Shown here piece by piece: positions 56,274-64,000 of a stretch of 64,000 nucleotides of DNA. The DNA comes from Octopus sinensis. Taxonomy: Eukaryota. The notes beneath the pieces were generated by a model. That model ran no database searches, was not told the origin of the DNA, and worked only from the letters and a program-made list of their open reading frames with translations. How positions within the stretch are numbered: the stretch's first letter is position 1; each line of letters begins with the position of its first letter. The stretch lies in the NCBI RefSeq assembly GCF_006345805.1, contig NC_043009.1, forward strand, positions 52,886,001 to 52,950,000. The letters are read 5' to 3'. Position numbers and translations under genes: made by a program.

Positions 56274-57067
56274 TATTGCGTGCAAGAGAGAGAGAAGGTG
56301 CTGAAAGGTTCTTGGCCTTGGGTAAGAGAAAATATAGGAGGATCAGTTAATTGTGGTTTTATTCAACATATTCCCCTCTCAGATTCATACACTTACAGCA
56401 CCGTCCTTCAGTTTTTTCTAAGCCCTATAAAAGAACTCGCGAAAGGTTGGGCCTCCAGCGCAACTTTCGCGAAACCCTTAAAACCAAAAACCTTTTCAGC
56501 ACCCCCGCCCCTCGTATGTACATAATGCATTGCAATATGCGATTATATGTACACAATACACCACACACACACAAACACACACACTGTGTTGAAAGGAGCT
56601 AGTTAAGATGAACGGAAAAAACATGCAAATCGTTAAACACCAAGATATAAAAACCCGAATGTGCTATACAGGTGATGGATTTAGAGCCAATTGAATGTGC
56701 CTCGGTGTTTTGCTGATATCAAATCAATTTATATGAGGCGTCAACTGTTCGAAGCTGAAGTTGACTTCAACGAATTTATTTTAAAACGAACTTGAAACTT
56801 AATAATGTTAAAACATGCATGTAAATACATAGCCACACAACTACGTACATTATACATACATACATATATATATATAATAATATATAATATATATATATAT
56901 ATATATTATGTGTAGGTCCCGGGTTGAGTCGGGGTTAACCACAGTAAATAAGGTACTCAATACATAGCAGAGTAAATTAATTTATTTTATAGAAGGAGCT
57001 TCTACAGGACTAGAACTGTTTCATTCAATGAAACATAGGGAGAGATATACATAGGGAGAGAGAGAGA

Positions 57068-57105
<38 letters not shown>

Positions 57106-57268
57106 GGGAGAAAATACAACATGACAAATTATAACATAGGGTACAATAAAAGGTTCGAGAGTCTTCAGTCAGAAAGATCACGATAATTTCGGCTGATTAT
57201 ATATATATATATATAAATAATCATTATAAAAAAATCAGATTAGGATTAATCCATTTTAAGTAAAATAT

Positions 57269-57606
57269 TATAAAATATTATTAGAGACAAAACCACTATT
57301 TTGCAAAACAAACAAGGAAGACTTAATCAATACATAAAATTTTAATAAATAGTCAAAAAAACCGCCACTACAATTGTTTCTTGTCTTGATCGACAATCTT
57401 CAGGTGGACTTCCAATAAGTCAGTTTCAAATTATGAAGTCATAATTTGAAACTGACTTATTGGAAGTCCACCTGAAGATGTCGATCAAGACAAGAAACAA
57501 TTGTAGTGGCGGTTTTTTTGACTATTTATTAAAATTTTATGTATTGATTAAGTCTTTCCTTGTTTGTTTTGCAAAATAGTGGTTTTGTCTCTAATAATAT
57601 TTTATA
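57269..57606. repeat. 338-bp near-perfect palindrome (168-bp arms, 2-nt loop), Penelope-like terminus
   Basis: 57269-57436 is the reverse complement of 57439-57606 apart from two 1-nt indels. Confidence 0.9.
57365..57407 (-). ncRNA. Minimal type I hammerhead ribozyme motif
   Basis: CCAC-CUGAAGA-UUGUC(gaucaa)GACAA-GAA-AC(AAUU)GU-A-GUGG. All core nucleotides present, with stem I 4 bp, stem II 5 bp, palindromic loop III and a GUA cleavage triplet. Confidence 0.75.
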
Positions 57607-60600
57607 TATATATATACATACATACATATGCGCACGACCACCACCCACCCATAAATTTGTATTTTTAATAACCATTCACAAGCACCACACATAAAACTCC
57701 CTAACCCCCAAACACACATCATACAGATTAGAGCTACAAGCAGAAATTGTGTGTGTGTGTGTGTGTGTGTACTTAGATACATGTATATGTGTAATTACAT
57801 CCTTGAAGGTGTGTTGAACAATGCCTGTTCATCATCTAATGCAAGCAAGCTATCAACTGCAATGCAATTACGCATACACACACAAACACAATTAAATAAA
57901 ATCTTATACGTAAAAAAAAAAGATACACACACACACATACACGTACTGACTACGATTCATAAAAAAAAAACGTACATATTTGAGATAATGTATTAATTAC
58001 GTGATCGATGTCTCCCTCCCCCTCCTCTCTCGCGTATATACATACACACAAAGTACAGAATACGAAACATCTTTTGGACAGATACACACACCATTAGTCA
58101 TAAGAAACACGCACATTACAAACCACTACTCCACAGTATAAAATATATTCTACCGTTTCAATTATTATTTTACCAATACAGTTCTACACTAGTTTCATAT
58201 ATATTAATGCACGCACACACACACACACACACACACAAATAGATACAACACACACACACATTATATATATATAATGCACACACACACATAAGATGCTAAT
58301 ACAAGCACACACCCTCCAATGTATGTATGTATGTAATATCGTGTATACATGTAGTTATTTACTATATAAAATGTACGTTGGTATATAAATACAGATGTAT
58401 GTTTATTACGAAACTGTGCCGCAGAGAGAAATAGCAAATGGTAGTGGTTGCTGCTACTGCTACTATTACTACTACTAATGCTATTAATACAACACATTTC
58501 TGACACTAAATTACTACTACCATTACGAGAGAGAGAGAGAGAGAGAGGGAGGGAGGCAGCTTTTACATGATCATTTGACTTGCTAAAAATAGCAGCCAAA
58601 CCACATCTCAAAAATAAAGGAACGATACACTGAACAATGTAGTTGTAGAGATACCGTGTAATATTAGGTATCGAACGTCATGGTTGGAATGCCTTTGATG
58701 ATAGATCTGCCGGTGTGGTGCTGACCTTAGTGCCAAACAAGGACGACTACATACTTCCAATCCTGAGGTCACGTTTGCTTTTTAGCCTTCCACAATTCGA
58801 TAAAAAAAATAAAAAAAAACTAAGTACCAGTCATATACTTAGGGGTTAATTGAACGCCGCCACCTTTCTTACTCCCCCCCCCCTTGTGATGATGTTAAAA
58901 ATATTAAGTAATGTCCATACAATATTTCGTTACATCTAAACTGAAACCTTTCACGTAGAAGACCATGCCATTCCTTAAAATGCGTCTGAGAGGCAAACGA
59001 TCGAACAAAAATGTGTTCGCGAAATTTACGTTGAGTTCGAAACCCACCGAGGTCAACTTGGCCTTTCGTTCTTCAAAGAAGCGTTGTGGAGGAGAGAGAG
59101 AGAGAGAGAGAGGACAACCGATCGAAACGAAAGTACCAGTCATGTACTGGTATATCTTTGTGATCGATCAAACGCAAAACATCCTCACCTCTCCCATCCA
59201 CCTTGCTTCCTTCCCCCTTAGAAAAAAAAACTGTTGGACCTCTGTGTCTAAATTAAGAAATAGTAATTATTATTATTGTTTTAGTGTTGCCCTTGTGGAA
59301 ATTAAGGACATCACTACTGCTTCTGCTGTTAATACTACTACTACTTGTACTAAAACCACCACCCGAAACGTTAAATGTCATTAACTCCATCGATCACAAC
59401 AACCACAACAGGGACCGTACTATAATCACCACCACCACTATAATTGCCACTAACACCTTCACTACAGCCACCATCAATACCGCTATCACTTGAGTCGACG
59501 AAGGAAACTGTTAGTCGCTCGACGTGGTAGTAGAAATAGCAGCCAAATCTCCCCTCAAATCATACGCCTGTGTTCATCTGGTCATGGCTGGAATGCCTTT
59601 GATCAGATGTATACACAGACCTGACCTGGGTCTAAGCAACTACTACTACTGTCTCACACCAAACTGCACAGTCCTAGAAGCGAAAAAAAAAATGGGATGG
59701 TCACGGGCAGGAATTCATTTGATTATAGGTTTACTTAACCAAGGTTGAGCTGCGGCTAGGCAATTGTCACAACTACCACCATTATCAGAAATCCTCCACG
59801 AAGACGCCAAATCTGCTAGAAATATTAACCAACTCTCCATCGAATCAGGTCTTAGTATCTTTAAAAAGAAGGGACATTCTGAATATATTCTATGCAACAA
59901 AACGAAACAAAAAAATAAAAACAGGGTGGAATTGGTGGTCAGAATACTTCTGATAATAGGTCTGTTCAATCAGAGCTGACCTGAGGTTCAAGAAAATGAC
60001 TTAGACGCCATATACCACCGAGTTGGCGATACAGTTTCAATTCCGAGTTGGTGGACAAAGTGGCAATTTAATTTTCATCACATGGCTAACGCTCATTTAA
60101 GATGATGTGGACGTTACCCAATCCCTTTTTCCAGCACCATCACCAATAAATCCGACTCCTTATGTCCGTCCATACAGAGAAAAATAATCCCCACACAAAT
60201 TGTCTGTCCTTGTGATGTTCCCCATCATCTACGCCCCTGTGACTAACGAAAGAAATAATAATAATAATAATAATAATAACAATTATGATTATTATTATAG
60301 TCTGGTAAGTGATAATGATGATGATCATCATCATCATCGCCACAATAACCAAACAGATAGAGAACACTGCGACGCTATTTCAATTTCAGGTAGAAGCCAT
60401 TGCAATTGTTTTGTAAATTAATGCTACTTAATGCCGTTGGAAATGCATGAACGTCACTACACACCCTAAATCATGAGAACGTCGTGCTCGATTAAGAAAT
60501 AAAGAGCTTAAGAAAAATCATGATCATAATCGTTATTATCATTATCCAGGAAGTAAACGACTTCACTTAAGATGAGGTTATTGGCCAAGAGAAACAAAAA

Positions 60601-61331
60601 TCACCACACCCATTTTTTCTTCCTGGGATTGGAAGATGAAAACGTTTAGAGTAAAACTGCAAGTCAACAGAAGACGGCAAAAACATTTATATATATACAC
60701 ACACGCCACCGTTACACAGATATATATATATATATACACACACCACCGTTACACAGATATATATATATCTTTATACACACCACCGTTACACAGATATATA
60801 TATATATACACACACACACCACCGTTACACAGATATATATATATATATATATATATATAAATCACCATTATACAGATATATATCACTAAAGATATATAAT
60901 TACATAATTATACAATACTATATAGACATGGAATAAATGTATAATTTTTCTCTTGTACATGCGCGTGTGTGTATATATATATACACACATACCACGGTAA
61001 TTGTATATCAGAATATATAGTATTTACAGATACATAGTATAAACCTAGATGTAGATATATAGAGAACATCAATGCATACTGTGCGTGTATATATATAAAT
61101 ATATATATAAGGGTACATACATATATACATGTAGAACATACACTACATATATATATATAACGACACACTATATACCATAATTATATTTGCACTGTAACAA
61201 GAAATATATTATATCTATACAGATATCACTATACATGATAAGTGTATTTGAATGCGTATATTTTTATGTATAGACGTACTATATGCCAATGTATATAGTG
61301 TTTAAATATTCAATGGCTGGAACCAGTTACG

Positions 61332-61385
<54 letters not shown>

Positions 61386-61521
61386 TATATATTCGTAGAT
61401 GACATCCCATCTGATGTTTACGAGTTGGTCTGTATAATTAACATGCATTATGGTAGTTACTAATTAAAAGAATAGCAAGGTTGTTTCTTGTGGCAATTGA
61501 AGAAATTAATTAGTAGATGGA

Positions 61522-61556
<35 letters not shown>

Positions 61557-62026
61557 ATAATAATAATAATTATTATTATTATTAAACATGACCTAAATAG
61601 ATTAAAAACAACAAACATTCATCACACAGAAATAAATATACAATCGAAAATATGTGATCTTGTATATTTTCTTGACAGACATATCTATATATGCCTTGTT
61701 TTTTTCCTTCTTGTGTGTTTGCATGTACATATACTGATTATATATATGTATATATATAAATATATATATATATCAGGTTAATGTGTGAACATATAAATGC
61801 TTTTGTAAATGCATATAAACATAACTTATTTATGTACGTACATATATATCGATATATATCTATATATATCGATATATATCCATATATATACACACAGATC
61901 AAACGAAATGACAGACGTAGATGTATACAAGTACAGAGAGTCGTGTGCGAATTTGTGTGTATACTGAAGCATTACGTACGCCTGCAATTAATATATATCA
62001 TACAAATACTTATATATATATATATA

Positions 62027-62057
<31 letters not shown>

Positions 62058-62240
62058 CTATATATATATATATATAACACAAATAGATATACATGCAGCT
62101 AAATATATGCTAACATGTACTACTATACATATATATATATAGGGGTTGTAATATATATACGTACGTACATACATATATGTATGTACTATCCATAACTGTG
62201 TAGGAACATGTATAAATATGCAATAATAATGTCCACCTAC

Positions 62241-62359
62241 CTTTTAGCATTAGCTTCTGCTCCGAATAATTCATGGAAGGTAGAACTAAGAAGGTCTGCT
62301 TGAAGGAATGTGTGTATTTGATTACGTGTTTGTGGTAAGATTTGAACAGCTGCCGCCAT
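62241..62359 (-). CDS. MYCBP2: MYCBP2/Highwire-like E3 ligase, putative first coding exon (MAAAVQILPQTRNQIHTFLQADLLSSTFHELFGAEANAK+AG); an in-frame ATG 6 nt upstream (62365) could add MK
   Basis: ATG in AAGATGGCGG context with an in-frame upstream stop near 62436. Donor AAG|GTAGGT at 62240. Ends in phase 2, matching the 1-nt start of the exon at 13024 (AG+A=Arg). Resemblance to the vertebrate N-terminus is only loose. Absent from the ORF track. Confidence 0.8.
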
Positions 62360-62362
62360 CTT
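62352..62362 (-). promoter_or_regulatory. YY1-type motif AAGATGGCGGC overlapping the start codon
   Basis: Plus strand reads GCCGCCATCTT, the YY1 consensus known to overlap start codons of many housekeeping genes. Function not shown. Confidence 0.45.
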
Positions 62363-62365
62363 CAT

Positions 62366-62600
62366 TGAGCTGCTGCTGCTGCTATTACTATTACTACTAC
62401 TACTATCACTACTACTACTACTATAACTAATAAACTAAGCCACCACCACCACCGCCGCCACTACTATTACTATTACTACTGCTGCTTCTGCTACTACTAC
62501 TATAAATACTGCTACCACTCCACTACTGTCTTGGCTTGATGTTGCTACTACTACTACTACTACAAATACTGTTGCTGCTACTACTACTATGATTAGTAGT
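62366..62600. repeat. (TAC)n/(TGC)n/(CAC)n trinucleotide tract in the probable 5' UTR or promoter
   Basis: Directly visible triplet repeats immediately upstream of the ATG on the minus strand. Confidence 0.8.
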
Positions 62601-63027
62601 ATTTGTTACTCGGTTGGTGCTTGCTAGTAGAATTGGTGTGTGTGAGTGTGTGTTGTAGTAGTAACATTATGGAGATCAGAGGGAAGGGGCCAGGGGAGAA
62701 TACTGTTGTAGTTATATAGTGTATGTTGAATGATGACAATAGTGGTAGTATATAGCAGAAACGTGTGTATGTATATTGCATGCACGCATTTATACATGTC
62801 TGTATATTTATTATTATTTATTATTATTAATCCTAGTTTTCTATTGTCTGTTCGGCCCTTGTGGCCAATAAAAAAATTATCATTATTATTATTATTATTA
62901 TTAATCCTAGTTTTCTATTGTCTGTTCGGCCCTTGTGGCCAATAAAAAAATTATCATTATTATTATTTATATTAACCAATACTCTTATTTTGTTGCGTTA
63001 TCTATACACGTTCAGTAGCATGATTGT

Positions 63028-63062
<35 letters not shown>

Positions 63063-63386
63063 TGTTTCTTTATTAGCCACACAGGGCTGCACATAGACAG
63101 GACAAATTACAAGATAGATAGATAGATAGATAGATATATAGGGCGTATGCATAGGTGTGTGTGTGTGTGTGTATTATTTGTGCATATATGAAAGAGGAGG
63201 CGAGGCAGCATCTTGTATTTAGACCGAGAGGGAGAGATAGACAGACACAGAGAGAGATATTTATAGGATGGTGAGAATAGGGTTAAAAATGGTGCTAGAC
63301 AAATAGATAGATGCAAGAGAGTGAGGGAGTGTACTACTACTGATCGATAATTAGAGAAGGGTAGAAAGACAGCTTGGTATATAAGG

Positions 63387-63455
<69 letters not shown>

Positions 63456-63604
63456 TAGATAGATAGACAGATAGATTTACGGTGAATGACCTCACTAGAT
63501 AAACTGTGGTGGGGTAGGTGAAAGCGAAAATAGATAGACACAAAGACGTATTAGAGGGAAAGGTGGAGGTGACAGATAGATCGAGAGATGGTGATGGATT
63601 ACGG

Positions 63605-63686
<82 letters not shown>

Positions 63687-63869
63687 GAACGCAGGAGGTA
63701 GATAAAAAGCTAGTTCTTTTATTATAGTACCATTCACATCTAGGATGCTTTATAACAATAATAAATCGAATGCAGCACTTGGCTAGTATTAAGATGCACT
63801 GAGTGGATATAGATAGATAGATAGATAAGTTTCTTTATTGGCCACAGAGGGCTGCACACAGATGGGACA

Positions 63870-63937
<68 letters not shown>

Positions 63938-63960
63938 GGAGAGAGAGAGAGAGAGAGATT
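63028..63960. repeat. (GATA)n microsatellite cluster upstream of the gene
   Basis: Several long ATAG runs. Confidence 0.95.
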
Positions 63961-64000
63961 AGACAAAAAGGAATTATTCGTAGGGTGTAAGGTAAGCAAA

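Overview
Eukaryotic, AT-rich and repeat-dense DNA. The SINE, LINE and microsatellite content points to an octopus genome (inferred, not certain). The only protein-coding gene I can support is the 5' part of a MYCBP2 (Highwire/RPM-1/PAM, PHR family) E3 ligase gene on the minus strand. Seven coding exons (62241-62359, 12958-13024, 8740-8967, 7204-7357, 5848-6050, 4603-4753, 2277-2377) have GT-AG boundaries and compatible phases. They join into a 341-codon stop-free frame, and the gene continues past position 1. Intron 1 is about 49.2 kb. It holds tRNA-derived SINEs, RTE and CR1-group LINE remnants, Tc1/mariner and piggyBac-like DNA elements, and large (TA)n-derived arrays. Most ORFs in the supplied track are microsatellite or repeat artefacts. 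The most unusual signal is a set of palindromic, Penelope-like insertions carrying minimal hammerhead-ribozyme motifs. One is textbook-complete on the pre-mRNA strand (57365-57407), and one element is headed by a tRNA-like Pol III promoter with a 12-bp TSD (40444-40985). Other points of interest are an RTE LINE with a PHD-like finger inside its RT region, a SINE/CR1 shared 3' tail, and a VNTR-containing composite retroposon. Family names come from motif recognition and memory, with no database searches. Repeat boundaries are approximate unless a TSD or TIR is quoted.
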